DNA of 64,000 nucleotides from an uncultured Alphaproteobacteria bacterium (GTDB lineage: Bacteria > Pseudomonadota > Alphaproteobacteria > RF32 > CAG-239), in the NCBI GenBank assembly GCA_944391445.1, contig CALXTL010000008.1, positions 10,915 through 74,914 of the forward strand, given 5' to 3'. This document shows positions 39,051-48,354 of the stretch, one piece after another. How positions within the stretch are numbered: the stretch's first letter is position 1; every line of letters starts with the position of its first letter. The notes below the pieces were generated by a model. That model worked only from the letters and a program-made list of their open reading frames with translations. It was not told where the DNA came from and made no database searches. Position numbers and translations under genes: made by a program.

Positions 39051-39839
39051 CTATTCTTCAACCTCGTCAAAGGCATCTTCATCATCAATGCCAAAATCAA
39101 AGTCATAAGTTTCTGCTGTCGGTTCCGGGGCAAAACGGCATCTGTAGCGGCTCTGATTCTGCCGATAAGCCGAACGCATTGTCGAGTAGAAATCCACCGA
39201 GTTACGTTTTAAGTCTTCGTATATATCCGCATATGCTTCGGCAAACGATGTGTATTTGACTGCGGCATAGGGATAGGAAATCTTGGCACTGATGTTGGCA
39301 TCGTTATAAGTGACCCAATAAACCGGATCAGCCACCGCGTCAACCAAAGTTCCGCTCAAACCGCGCGGCGAGCTTGCCCCCAAAAACGGCACAACCAGAT
39401 ACGGCCCTTCGGCCACACACCAACTGGCCAAAGTTTCGTTGAAAGAAGTTTTGTCCGGCGGCAGCTTCCACCCCTGCGCCACATCAAACATACCGCCCAA
39501 ACCGAGCGTGGTGTTTAGGGCAAAACGGCCAAGACTTTGTGCCGAATCGGCAAAACGAAGCTGCAACAAATGGTTTATTGTTGAAATCGGCTCCTGCAAG
39601 TTAGCCACCACGCTGCTGACACGCTCGCGGATAAACGGCGTGGTCACTTTGCGATAACCTCTGGCAATCGGGAACATGACATTTTCATAAAAACCATCAT
39701 TAAAAGCAAATATTTTGCGATTAAAATTCTCATAGGGGTCAGCCTTATCCTCTTGGCGCTGAAGCCCGCCGTCGAAAGCACAGGCACTGACCAGCAGCAC
39801 CGCCGCGCAACCGACAATTTGTTTCAGATGTTTATTCAC
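39051..39839 (-). CDS. mlaA: Outer-membrane lipoprotein MlaA (VacJ family)
   Basis: Lipobox LLVSA/C. DPYENFNRKIFAFND...NLQEP...NTTLGLGG..D are canonical VacJ motifs. Confidence 0.85.
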   Translation of the reverse strand: MNKHLKQIVGCAAVLLVSACAFDGGLQRQEDKADPYENFNRKIFAFNDGFYENVMFPIARGYRKVTTPFIRERVSSVVANLQEPISTINHLLQLRFADSAQSLGRFALNTTLGLGGMFDVAQGWKLPPDKTSFNETLASWCVAEGPYLVVPFLGASSPRGLSGTLVDAVADPVYWVTYNDANISAKISYPYAAVKYTSFAEAYADIYEDLKRNSVDFYSTMRSAYRQNQSRYRCRFAPEPTAETYDFDFGIDDEDAFDEVEE

Positions 39840-40016
39840 ATCAACCTCTCTGTATCTCTATCTGCGGATTAATATATCATTATATTTTGTTAAATCAACA
39901 TATTTCAAAATACCTGCCGATAATGTTACAAAGCGGAAATTTTTTGTGTTTTGCATTGCGACGGAAACTAACGTATTATCAGCGGCAGTTGAAACTGATG
40001 AAAAGGATTTACACTC

Positions 40017-41174
40017 ATGAACAAACCTGCAAAACCTCTTATGCTTTTTGACTGCAAAACCGCACAGAGCATTATCGGTCAGGATAAATTTCTGAACGCT
40101 TTTGAAACCATTTTGAACCACGGTGCTTATTGCCAGGGTCCCGAAACCAAAGAGCTTGACCAAAAACTGGCCGCTTATTCCGGGGTTAAATACTGCTCCA
40201 CCTGCGGTTCCGGTACCGACGCGCTGACATTGGCTCTGATGGCCTGGGGTGTTAAGCCCGGCGATGCCGTTTTTGTTTCATCCTTTACCTTTGTTGCTTC
40301 AGCCGAAGCTCCGGTTCTGCTTGGCGCAACGCCGATCTTTGTCGACTCTGATCCCAATACTTTTAATATGGATCCCAAAGATCTGCAACGCGCTATCGAC
40401 GAAGTTAAAAAAGAAGGCAAACTGAACCTGAAAGCCGTTGTGGCCGTTGATATTTTCGGCTCACCCTGCGATTATGACGAGATCATCAAAATTGCTCATG
40501 CCAACGGAATGAAAGTTCTTTCCGACTCCTGCCAGTCTTATGGCTCCGTTTATAAAGGCAAAAAATCCGGCTCTATTGCCGATATGAGCGCGACCTCTTT
40601 CTACCCGACCAAACCGCTCGGCGCTTATGGTGACGGCGGCGCCGTTTTCTGCAACAGCAATGAAGAAAATGAGCTGGTCAAATCCTGCCGTGTACACGGT
40701 ATGAGCCCTGAGGATCATTATGACAATGTCCGTCTCGGCATGACCGGCCGCATGAATTCTTTCCAGGCTGCCGTTTTGCTGCAGAAACTGACTGTGTTTG
40801 ATCAGGAGCTTAAAGACCGCGCCCGGGTTGCCAAACGCTATGATACCGAACTTGACAGCTATTTCGGCAAGCAAAAGATTTTGGATAACTGCAAATCGGC
40901 TTATGCCCTCTACACTATTCACTGCGAAGACCGCGACGAACTGATGAGCTACCTTAAAGAAAACGGCATCCCCTGCGGTGCTTATTATCCGCGTCCGGTT
41001 AACACCCAGACCGCTTATCTTAAATGGAACACCCGCAGCCTGCCGGTTTGTGAAAAATTGTCCAAAACCGTTCTGTCTATCCCGATGACGCCTTATCTGG
41101 ACAATGAAGATTTGGACTACATCATCAAAACCATGAACGAATTTGCTGCTAAAAAGGCTAAAAAAGCCGCCTAA
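40017..41174 (+). CDS. DegT/DnrJ/EryC1/StrS family sugar aminotransferase
   Basis: CSTCGSGTDALTLAL, the SFYPTKPLGAYGDGGA (PLP-lysine region) and the overall 385-aa length match the family. Confidence 0.85.
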   Translation: MNKPAKPLMLFDCKTAQSIIGQDKFLNAFETILNHGAYCQGPETKELDQKLAAYSGVKYCSTCGSGTDALTLALMAWGVKPGDAVFVSSFTFVASAEAPVLLGATPIFVDSDPNTFNMDPKDLQRAIDEVKKEGKLNLKAVVAVDIFGSPCDYDEIIKIAHANGMKVLSDSCQSYGSVYKGKKSGSIADMSATSFYPTKPLGAYGDGGAVFCNSNEENELVKSCRVHGMSPEDHYDNVRLGMTGRMNSFQAAVLLQKLTVFDQELKDRARVAKRYDTELDSYFGKQKILDNCKSAYALYTIHCEDRDELMSYLKENGIPCGAYYPRPVNTQTAYLKWNTRSLPVCEKLSKTVLSIPMTPYLDNEDLDYIIKTMNEFAAKKAKKAA

Positions 41175-41195
41175 ACAGGTCCGCTTATAAACCTC

Positions 41196-41241
41196 AAAAA
41201 CAGCCCCGGCGCCGGCCTTCGGCACTCGGGCTGTTTTTTTT
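41196..41241. terminator. Hairpin terminator between convergent DegT and glycosylase genes
   Basis: An A5 run, a GC-rich hairpin (cagccc...gggctg), then a T8 run that overlaps the minus-strand stop codon. Confidence 0.55.
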
Positions 41242-41854
41242 AGAGCACAAGATTATTATTGGCGATATGCCACAGGTAAAAAGAGGCAACCGTCGCATAA
41301 GGATGATAAACTGCGGTATATTTTTGAAAGGCTGCTTTATCAAGTTTTTCAAGCCCGTATAAAAGCTGTATCCCTTTGCGAATGCCAAAATCATGATAAC
41401 TGATGACATCCATGCGACAAAGTGAGAAAATCAACAACATTTCCGCCGTCCAGCGTCCGACCCCGGGCAGAGCCGTTAACCGGGCGATGACTTCTTCATC
41501 GGGCAGTTTTTGCAAAGCGGAAAAATCTATTATACCCTCAAGCGCCGCTTGTGCCGCAGCGTGCAGATATCCGGTCTTTTGCCTGCTCAGCCCGCAGGAG
41601 CGCAATGCTTCATCCGGTATGGCGGCAAGTTTTTGCGGGCTCAATTTTCCGCCGACAAGCGACAACACCCTCAGGCGCACCGTCTCGGCCGCTTTGCCCG
41701 AAATCTGCTGTGAGATAATTGATGAAATCAGCGCCGTAAACACATCCGGACGAACTTGCCGTTCAATCTTACCGACAGTATGAATGACTTTTGCCAAATG
41801 CGAATCATTTTGGCAAAGATACGCCATTTCTGTTTGTCCGTATGGAAAAAGCAT
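41240..41854 (-). CDS. DNA-3-methyladenine glycosylase II-like (HhH-GPD superfamily, AlkA-like)
   Basis: The helix-hairpin-helix LTALPGVGRWTAEMLLIFSL is followed by a D in ...DFGIRKG, consistent with HhH-GPD glycosylases. Confidence 0.75.
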   Translation of the reverse strand: MLFPYGQTEMAYLCQNDSHLAKVIHTVGKIERQVRPDVFTALISSIISQQISGKAAETVRLRVLSLVGGKLSPQKLAAIPDEALRSCGLSRQKTGYLHAAAQAALEGIIDFSALQKLPDEEVIARLTALPGVGRWTAEMLLIFSLCRMDVISYHDFGIRKGIQLLYGLEKLDKAAFQKYTAVYHPYATVASFYLWHIANNNLVL

Positions 41855-41972
41855 TTGTTGCCCTGGCCCCCTGTTTGTTTAACCTTCTGCGGGTGATATT
41901 AATGAAAAATTCAGCAGAAATCAAAAAATATCTTTACTCTTGATAAAAATGCAAAGAAAATGAAATTTAGAC

Positions 41973-42001
41973 TAGACATCTGACAAAATATGCTTTATAA
42001 A
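41973..42001 (+). promoter_or_regulatory. Candidate sigma70 promoter for tRNA-Phe
   Basis: TAGACA, a 17-nt spacer, then TATAAA, ending 18 nt upstream of the mature tRNA 5' end. Confidence 0.35.
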
Positions 42002-42018
42002 GCTTTTCGTTGGTCAAC

Positions 42019-42094
<76 letters not shown>

Positions 42095-42098
42095 TTTC

Positions 42099-42131
42099 AA
42101 GGCTTTCGTTTTTCGAGAGCCTTTATTTTTT
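42099..42131 (+). terminator. Terminator after tRNA-Phe
   Basis: aaggctttcg-ttttt-cgagagcctt followed by a T-rich tail. Confidence 0.7.
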
Positions 42132-42146
42132 ACTCTGGTCTATTTC

Positions 42147-42178
42147 CTAAAAAAGCCCCCGATGATCGTCGGGAGCTT
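42147..42178 (-). terminator. Terminator after the OMP gene
   Basis: Minus-strand hairpin agctcccga...tcgggggct (one G-U pair) followed by T5. Confidence 0.6.
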
Positions 42179-42199
42179 TCATAGAGACTTTTTTTAACT

Positions 42200-42763
42200 T
42201 TAGAATGTATATCTGACACCGGCGGAAAATTCAGTCAAATCATCTAATCCATCAATATCGGTATTGACATAGCGAAGTAATCCGCGGACAGCAAAATGTT
42301 CATTAAAATTATACATTACGCCGGCACCAATGCGAACACCTAAACCGTCATCACTTTCTTTGAGACCCGGGGCTTTTATTTCGGCATCATACATACCTAG
42401 ACCCAAGGCACCAAATACTTCCGTATTTTGAGCTACAGGGACGTATCCTGTTATATCTGCACCATAAGCATCAAAACTTGCCTTTGTCTTTCCTTGAGTG
42501 CCTGTGATCATATTTTGTACAAGATCACCCTTTTCATCTCCGGACTGCTGATAAAAAGCCTCAATTCCGAAATTTTTATTTAATTTTGTTCCGGCGTTTA
42601 CATTCAATGAATGTAATTTATTTTCCCAGAAATCATCACCGTCAAAATCATAATTTGCATCAGAATAAACATAATCCAAACCAACATAAGGTTTAAGATC
42701 AGCAGCGTTTGCACTTGTTGCAACCAAAGCCGCCACACCGGCCAGTAATAAAGTTTTTTTCAT
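42200..42763 (-). CDS. Small outer-membrane beta-barrel protein (OmpA-like/OMP_b-brl family)
   Basis: Signal peptide ending in ANA/AD, alternating beta-strand pattern, C-terminal ...SAGVRYTF. Confidence 0.7.
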   Translation of the reverse strand: MKKTLLLAGVAALVATSANAADLKPYVGLDYVYSDANYDFDGDDFWENKLHSLNVNAGTKLNKNFGIEAFYQQSGDEKGDLVQNMITGTQGKTKASFDAYGADITGYVPVAQNTEVFGALGLGMYDAEIKAPGLKESDDGLGVRIGAGVMYNFNEHFAVRGLLRYVNTDIDGLDDLTEFSAGVRYTF

Positions 42764-42871
42764 GAATAATCCCCTTTATTTTAATTGTATTATCCCTTTA
42801 TAAGGATACCCTTATATTAGTCATTGCCGCAAATAAGTTAACCATTAATTTATGAGTAGGTTTAGACAAAA

Positions 42872-43357
42872 TCAGGCAATGATGTCTGCCAGAGTGAACG
42901 GGATTACTTTTCTTAGTTCATCTACGGACATTTCCACCTGAGTGCCGATTTTGCCTGCGCTGAAAATAATTGTTGCGAAATTTGCGGCCGAGGCATGCAC
43001 AACCGTTTGGAAAAACTTTTTCATGCCAATGGGCGAACAACCACCGTGAATATATCCCGTCAGCGGCAAGAGCTCTTTCTGCGGCAGCATATCCACCGCT
43101 TTTTCGCCGACAGCAACCGCGGCTTTTTTCAGATCAAGCTCATCATTAACCGGCAACATAAAAACATAATGCCGGCGCGAACGGCCCAATGTGACCAGTG
43201 TCTTAAATACATGGTTAGGGTCCTGGTGAAGCTGGGCGGCTACTTCTGCCCCGCTTAATGCCGTTGCGGCATCATAATAATGCGGCACATAGTTTCCTTT
43301 GTGCTGCTCAATGATGCGCATGACATTTGTTTTTTCATTATTCATAGCATTCTCCAT
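42872..43357 (-). CDS. ybaK: Cys-tRNA(Pro)/Cys-tRNA(Cys) deacylase YbaK
   Basis: VFKTLV, LDLKKAA, TGY..GG.SP.G.KK and ...SAGK.G..V match E. coli YbaK blocks. The start may be ATG 43345, which has GGAGA 7 nt upstream. Confidence 0.75.
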   Translation of the reverse strand: MENAMNNEKTNVMRIIEQHKGNYVPHYYDAATALSGAEVAAQLHQDPNHVFKTLVTLGRSRRHYVFMLPVNDELDLKKAAVAVGEKAVDMLPQKELLPLTGYIHGGCSPIGMKKFFQTVVHASAANFATIIFSAGKIGTQVEMSVDELRKVIPFTLADIIA

Positions 43358-43405
43358 TTTGTATCACTATAGCGCGGCATTTTTTATTTTAAATAAAAAA
43401 ACATC

Positions 43406-43434
43406 TTGACTTTTGAAGAAAGGACGCTTATATG
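43406..43434 (+). promoter_or_regulatory. Candidate sigma70 promoter for the YerC-like gene
   Basis: TTGACT, a 16-17-nt spacer, then TTATAT/TATATG. The TTG that opens the long ORF in the track is the -35 element. Confidence 0.35.
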
Positions 43435-43477
43435 TTCCACTAAAGTAAAACAAAATGTTTTATTTTGGCAGAACAAT

Positions 43478-43753
43478 ATGGATAACGAAAAAAAGCTTTA
43501 CCGTGCTTTTTTGACACTCAAAAGCACAAAAGAAGTTGAAAATTTCTTAAAAGATCTGTGCACGGCTGCCGAGCTCAGAGACTTTGCCGACAGATTGGAA
43601 ATTGCCCGGCTGCTGGCGTGTGAAGAACTGCCTTACCGTGAGATTGCCGAAAAAACCGGCGCCTCACTGACAACAGTCACCCGCGTGGCCAAATTTTTGA
43701 AAAGCCGGAGCAACAACGGTTATAAAATCGTTTTGAAAAGGTTGAATAAATAA
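43478..43753 (+). CDS. TrpR-like YerC/YecD family DNA-binding protein
   Basis: EVENFLKDLCTAAELRDFADRLEIARLL...YREIAEKTGASLTTVTRV parallels B. subtilis YerC (FFCDLCT..E...L.QRL.VA.......Y..I....GAS.ATISRV). The start is set at ATG 43478. Confidence 0.8.
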   Translation: MDNEKKLYRAFLTLKSTKEVENFLKDLCTAAELRDFADRLEIARLLACEELPYREIAEKTGASLTTVTRVAKFLKSRSNNGYKIVLKRLNK

Positions 43754-43847
43754 GATGATATTTTTGAACATTGCATATCCGCGACACCGACATTGAAATT
43801 TTTGATTTCAACGTTTTTGGTTTTATTTACTTATAAGGAATAATTTT

Positions 43848-44666
43848 ATGCAATCTCAAAATATCATTGACGGAATCGTCATCCGCCGCGCCACGCGAAA
43901 CGACGAAAAAGAACTTGCCGAACTCGCTTATGTTGCTTATTTTGACCGCTTTTTCAATGACGAGGTCACCAATAAATACGGCGCCTCGCTTAAGGTATAT
44001 CCCGAGTTGATTCCCGATGAGAAAAAAGATACGGGGCAGTCCCGCTCGACTTTTGCAGATTATTGGCGCAAAGCCATGAAGAATCTGGATAATCCGCAGC
44101 GGCCTTTTTTGTGTTTTGTGGCTGAAGCCCAAACATCGCAAGGCCCCAAGATTGTCGGCTTCCGCAAAGGATATGCCGCGCCGCTTGAACCAGATGAATA
44201 TGCGCTTTATGAAAAAGAAAATACCCGCCGAGCTATTTTGCGTCGCAAATATGCCTGGCAAGGTCGTGTTTCCGAAGAAGATTTGCGGCCGATTAATCTG
44301 CCGGCTTATGAAAAAATTGCCGGCTCAAGCTCGCTGTATATCGCACCACAATATAAAAGAATGCGAATCGGCGAACGCCTTATCCGCCGCTATGCCAAAG
44401 AAGTTCTTCGTTTGGGATTTGAAGGAATGGTCACCAGCTGCTATGTTAAAAACGACTCCCGCTACTTTTTGCAGGCCATGGGCGGTGACTATTTTATCCC
44501 CTGCCCCATTCCCTGCACTTATCGCAAAGCCGACCGATCCCTTGATGTCTGCTCTATTGACGGGTTAATGTGTCTGTGGGACAAACCTGCGTTGCAAAAA
44601 CTTGCCGGCGCCCGGGCATTTGACTATGCCCGTAACGCCGGAAGATTGTCTGGTTTCGGCCGCTAG
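43848..44666 (+). CDS. GNAT-family N-acetyltransferase (putative, with long insert)
   Basis: N-terminal IRRATRNDEKELAEL and the acetyl-CoA motif A-like LYIAPQYKRMRIGERLIRRY. 272 aa. Confidence 0.5.
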   Translation: MQSQNIIDGIVIRRATRNDEKELAELAYVAYFDRFFNDEVTNKYGASLKVYPELIPDEKKDTGQSRSTFADYWRKAMKNLDNPQRPFLCFVAEAQTSQGPKIVGFRKGYAAPLEPDEYALYEKENTRRAILRRKYAWQGRVSEEDLRPINLPAYEKIAGSSSLYIAPQYKRMRIGERLIRRYAKEVLRLGFEGMVTSCYVKNDSRYFLQAMGGDYFIPCPIPCTYRKADRSLDVCSIDGLMCLWDKPALQKLAGARAFDYARNAGRLSGFGR

Positions 44667-45865
44667 CACAAATCTGATGCTATTAAACCGGCTAACTCTT
44701 CAAACCCGGCAAGCTGCTCTGTCTTAAGCGCCGATTTCAGCGTCAGTTGCGGTTGGAGAATCTGAATTTCTTTCATTTCTTCAAACAATTTTTGCATCTG
44801 CGTTCCGGCGGTTGCCGCCCAACTGCCGTTTTGCAGTAAGGCGACCTTGCGCTTCTGCATGTTGTGCGCTTTCAGATCAAGCAAAACCGTTTCCACCGGC
44901 GGGAAAATGCCGGCATTGTACGTTGACGAAGCAAAAACTAAGTGCGAACAGCGAAAAGCCTCGGCCACAATGACGGAGGAATGTGTGGAAGACGCATCAT
45001 AAACGGCAATATTTTTTACGCCTTTTTCTGCCAGCATGCCGGCCAAGACATTAGCGGCATTTTCGGTATTACCATAGATACTGCCGTATATGATTGCAAC
45101 GGCTTTATCTTCCGGCGTATAGCTGCTCCAGCAGCGGTACTTCTCAATGAACCAACCGCAGTCTTTGCGCCAGATCGGCCCGTGCAGCGGCATAATTGCG
45201 GCAATATCCAACCCTTCGGCCTTTTTGAGCAGAGCCTGAACAGAGGGGCCATATTTACCAACGATATTTGTATAGTAACGACGGGCATCATCCAGCCAGT
45301 CACGCGCAAAATTGACTTCATCGGCATATATATTGCCGTTCAATGCGCCAAAAGTTCCGAAAGCATCAGCCGCGTAGAGATATTTATCTGCACTGTCGTA
45401 AGTCACCATTACTTCCGGCCAGTGAACCATCGGCGCCATCACAAAATGAAACGTATGACGACCAGTGCACAGCGTATCGCCTTCTTTGACAATAACAGCG
45501 CGGCTGTCGACATCAAAGTTAAAAAACTGTTTGATCATGGCAAAGGTTTTGCTATTGCCGATGATTTTGACATTCGGATAGCGTAAAACAATCTCAGGCA
45601 TCAAGGCGCAGTGATCCGGCTCCATGTGGTTGACCACCAAATAATCCAACGGGCGTCCCTGCAAAATATGCTCGATATTTTCCATAAACTGCGTGCCGAC
45701 AGCTTTGTCGCAAGTGTCGAGCAAAATTGTTTGCTTATCCATCACCAGATATGAATTATATGACACGCCGCGCGGAATCGGATAAATATTTTCAAACAAG
45801 TGCAGCCGGCGGTCACTGGCGCCGACATAAAAAACATCTTCATTAATCTTCTGAGTGCAATACAT
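44663..45865 (-). CDS. Flavodiiron protein (FprA family; metallo-beta-lactamase-like + flavodoxin domains)
   Basis: Di-iron motif VVNHMEPDH, then the flavodoxin-like IIYGSIYGNTE. The start is set at ATG 45865, which has AGGA upstream. Confidence 0.8.
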   Translation of the reverse strand: MYCTQKINEDVFYVGASDRRLHLFENIYPIPRGVSYNSYLVMDKQTILLDTCDKAVGTQFMENIEHILQGRPLDYLVVNHMEPDHCALMPEIVLRYPNVKIIGNSKTFAMIKQFFNFDVDSRAVIVKEGDTLCTGRHTFHFVMAPMVHWPEVMVTYDSADKYLYAADAFGTFGALNGNIYADEVNFARDWLDDARRYYTNIVGKYGPSVQALLKKAEGLDIAAIMPLHGPIWRKDCGWFIEKYRCWSSYTPEDKAVAIIYGSIYGNTENAANVLAGMLAEKGVKNIAVYDASSTHSSVIVAEAFRCSHLVFASSTYNAGIFPPVETVLLDLKAHNMQKRKVALLQNGSWAATAGTQMQKLFEEMKEIQILQPQLTLKSALKTEQLAGFEELAGLIASDLC

Positions 45866-45946
45866 TGTTTTTTTCCTTTCATTTCTTTTTAATATACACA
45901 ATTTTTAGAAAAAACAAACCGTGATGGTGCGCTAATCACGTTTTTT

Positions 45947-47983
45947 TTAATTTTGATTCCACAAGCGGCGGCCGACAGCTTCCCGCACGGTTTTTATCCG
46001 CAGGGCTTTTCCCATATATACGGCCAAACCGCCGGTGTCGCCAATATTGATAACTTTTCCGGCCAACAGAAGTTTGTTGCGCCCTTTGATTATTTGAAAT
46101 TTATGTTTGTATATGCACTTTTGCCGGGTGCAACGCAGCTCAAGCCATTCCGGATCTGTTTGCCGGCCTTTGTATATTTGCCGCAGAAGGTCTGCCTGCC
46201 GTTTATCCAGAGGCCGGGATGCCGTCTTTTCCAACCACTGGCGCTTGACAAAATTTTTGCCGCGAACCGGCAAAATAACCATATTGTCCTGATTATCGCG
46301 CAGAGCTATGACTTTCGCATCGGCATTGATCAAGATATCCGGCTTGGTGACAGCGGCGACACTTAAAAACCCCACAGCGACAGCCAACCATCCGAAATGG
46401 CGGATTTTGCTCTGCCAGATACACAGCCATAAGCCGCCAAAAACTATCAACAACAATCCCCATAAGGGCTCGGACAAGATCAAATATGCCGCACCGTCCA
46501 TTGAACTGATCCAGGTGGTGATATCATTGACACAGCCAATGCCGAATCCTGCCACCCGCAGCGGCAGATCGGCCAAACCTAAAGGCATCAGCAGTAAAGC
46601 AAGCAATACAAAAGGCATAATTACAAAACCAATTACCGGCGCCGACAATAAATTTGCCAAAGAGGTATACAGCACAACCCGATTGAAATGATATACCGCG
46701 AAGGGTAAAGTTGCCATGCTGGCTATAAAATCGGTTACCAGTACTCCAACAAAATACAGCAGCAATATTTTTAAAATGCGTACGGGCAAACTGCCGGCAG
46801 ATTTGTCTATAAAATGGTTGAGCCAACCGGCACAACGCTCGTAAAAAGCAATCAGGCAGACAACGGCGGCAAAAGACATCTGAAAACTGGCGCTGATCAA
46901 CGCCTGCGGACAAACAGCCAAAATGATTGTCGCGGCAACGGCAATTGTATACATTGATATTGCCCGCCGGTTGAACAACACGCCAAGCAAAACAATTAAT
47001 GTCATGATAAATGCCCGAACCGCCGGAATTTCCATTCCCGACAAGCCCAGATAAACCGCGCTGACAATAATGGCCAAAACTGCAGAGATTTTTTTGCTGT
47101 CAAAACGCAGCGAAAGCGCCGGTATGCAGGCCAGCAGCAAACGCGCAAGAAAGAACATCAACCCGGCAATCATACTCATATGCAGCCCGGAAATAGACAA
47201 GAAATGCGCCAATCCCGAATCGCGGTAAGCATTGGTCAGCCGTTCGGAAATTAAGCCGCGTTCTCCGGTGATTAACGCCGCTGCCACGGCTGCTTCATCC
47301 TCCGGTAAAAGCCTCGTTATCTTTTGATTTATCTGCTGGCGCCATGTGTCAAAAAAGTTTTCCCGTGCAGGTCGTTTTCCAGCGCAGTCCGTCTGATAAA
47401 CAAAGCTCAGAGCATAGCCGCTGCCGGAATATCCGTCGTAGAAAAGCTTGCGGTCAAACTGATAGCCGCCGGGAATTACCGGCAAAGATGGCGGCTGAAT
47501 CCGCGCCACCATTTCAACACAATCTCCGATTTTGAGCTCTTCGTAGCGTCCACGCAGCGTTATACGAAAACGACCGTTTAGTTCATACCCGTCAAAATCT
47601 TCAAGTTTTTCAAAAACCAGCCGGCGATTGCCTTTGATATTATAATCCGCGTCGGCAATCTGCCCTCTGACATAGATCGCTTGCTGCGGCAAATCTGCCC
47701 GCTGCCGGCTTTCCCTATAAATGCTTTGGATTTGGATATCTGCAAACCCGGCAAGCACACAGGCCAAAGCCAACAGCATTTTGAGCGCAGCCGGATAATG
47801 GCGCAACAAAACCGCCAACAGAATCAGGGCTTCTATCATCCCCAGTGTCAGCCATTTAGAGGGTTCGGTTTCGGGCAGAAAATATAAACCTATGCCCAAC
47901 GCGAACAAAACCGGAAACCACAACTTGAAACGGTCACGGTTGGCTGCCCACTCGGCGGTTATGATTGTTGCAAATTTTGACAT
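45947..47983 (-). CDS. comEC: ComEC/Rec2 DNA internalisation channel protein
   Basis: 678 aa and polytopic. The competence-domain motif ITGERGLIS...YRDSGLAHFLSISGLHMSMIAG is present. Confidence 0.85.
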   Translation of the reverse strand: MSKFATIITAEWAANRDRFKLWFPVLFALGIGLYFLPETEPSKWLTLGMIEALILLAVLLRHYPAALKMLLALACVLAGFADIQIQSIYRESRQRADLPQQAIYVRGQIADADYNIKGNRRLVFEKLEDFDGYELNGRFRITLRGRYEELKIGDCVEMVARIQPPSLPVIPGGYQFDRKLFYDGYSGSGYALSFVYQTDCAGKRPARENFFDTWRQQINQKITRLLPEDEAAVAAALITGERGLISERLTNAYRDSGLAHFLSISGLHMSMIAGLMFFLARLLLACIPALSLRFDSKKISAVLAIIVSAVYLGLSGMEIPAVRAFIMTLIVLLGVLFNRRAISMYTIAVAATIILAVCPQALISASFQMSFAAVVCLIAFYERCAGWLNHFIDKSAGSLPVRILKILLLYFVGVLVTDFIASMATLPFAVYHFNRVVLYTSLANLLSAPVIGFVIMPFVLLALLLMPLGLADLPLRVAGFGIGCVNDITTWISSMDGAAYLILSEPLWGLLLIVFGGLWLCIWQSKIRHFGWLAVAVGFLSVAAVTKPDILINADAKVIALRDNQDNMVILPVRGKNFVKRQWLEKTASRPLDKRQADLLRQIYKGRQTDPEWLELRCTRQKCIYKHKFQIIKGRNKLLLAGKVINIGDTGGLAVYMGKALRIKTVREAVGRRLWNQN

Positions 47984-48078
47984 GATTTTTCCGTTTTTTT
48001 CAGAATTATATCAAGAAGGCGTTTTTTGCAATATCTTAACTTTTAAGATTTACATTTTAAGTAAAAAAGGATGGACAG

Positions 48079-48354
48079 ATGAAATTTATTTCTTTGATTT
48101 GGTTTGGCAGCGTATGTATTTGTTTTGCCTTTGCAACGGAAGCTCGAGTGATCGGTCTGCAAGATTGGGACGGCTCGTTTACCTCGCGTTCCGCCCAGGA
48201 AGAATCGGAAGTCCTGCGTTGTGAGGAGGCCTGCCCCGGCTACAGCATTACCGTCACCTATTGCGATACCGAAAACGGAAAAATTCTCGAATCCTGCAAA
48301 GTCAAAGGATGTCGTTATTATCACCGTTGCGTTGACAAAACTGTTTCTGACTAA
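48079..48354 (+). CDS. Small secreted cysteine-rich protein (91 aa)
   Basis: AAGGA RBS and signal peptide MKFISLIWFGSVCICFAFA. The mature part, CEEACPGYSITVTYCDTENGKILESCKVKGCRYYHRC, has 7 Cys in ~40 aa. Confidence 0.5.
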   Translation: MKFISLIWFGSVCICFAFATEARVIGLQDWDGSFTSRSAQEESEVLRCEEACPGYSITVTYCDTENGKILESCKVKGCRYYHRCVDKTVSD

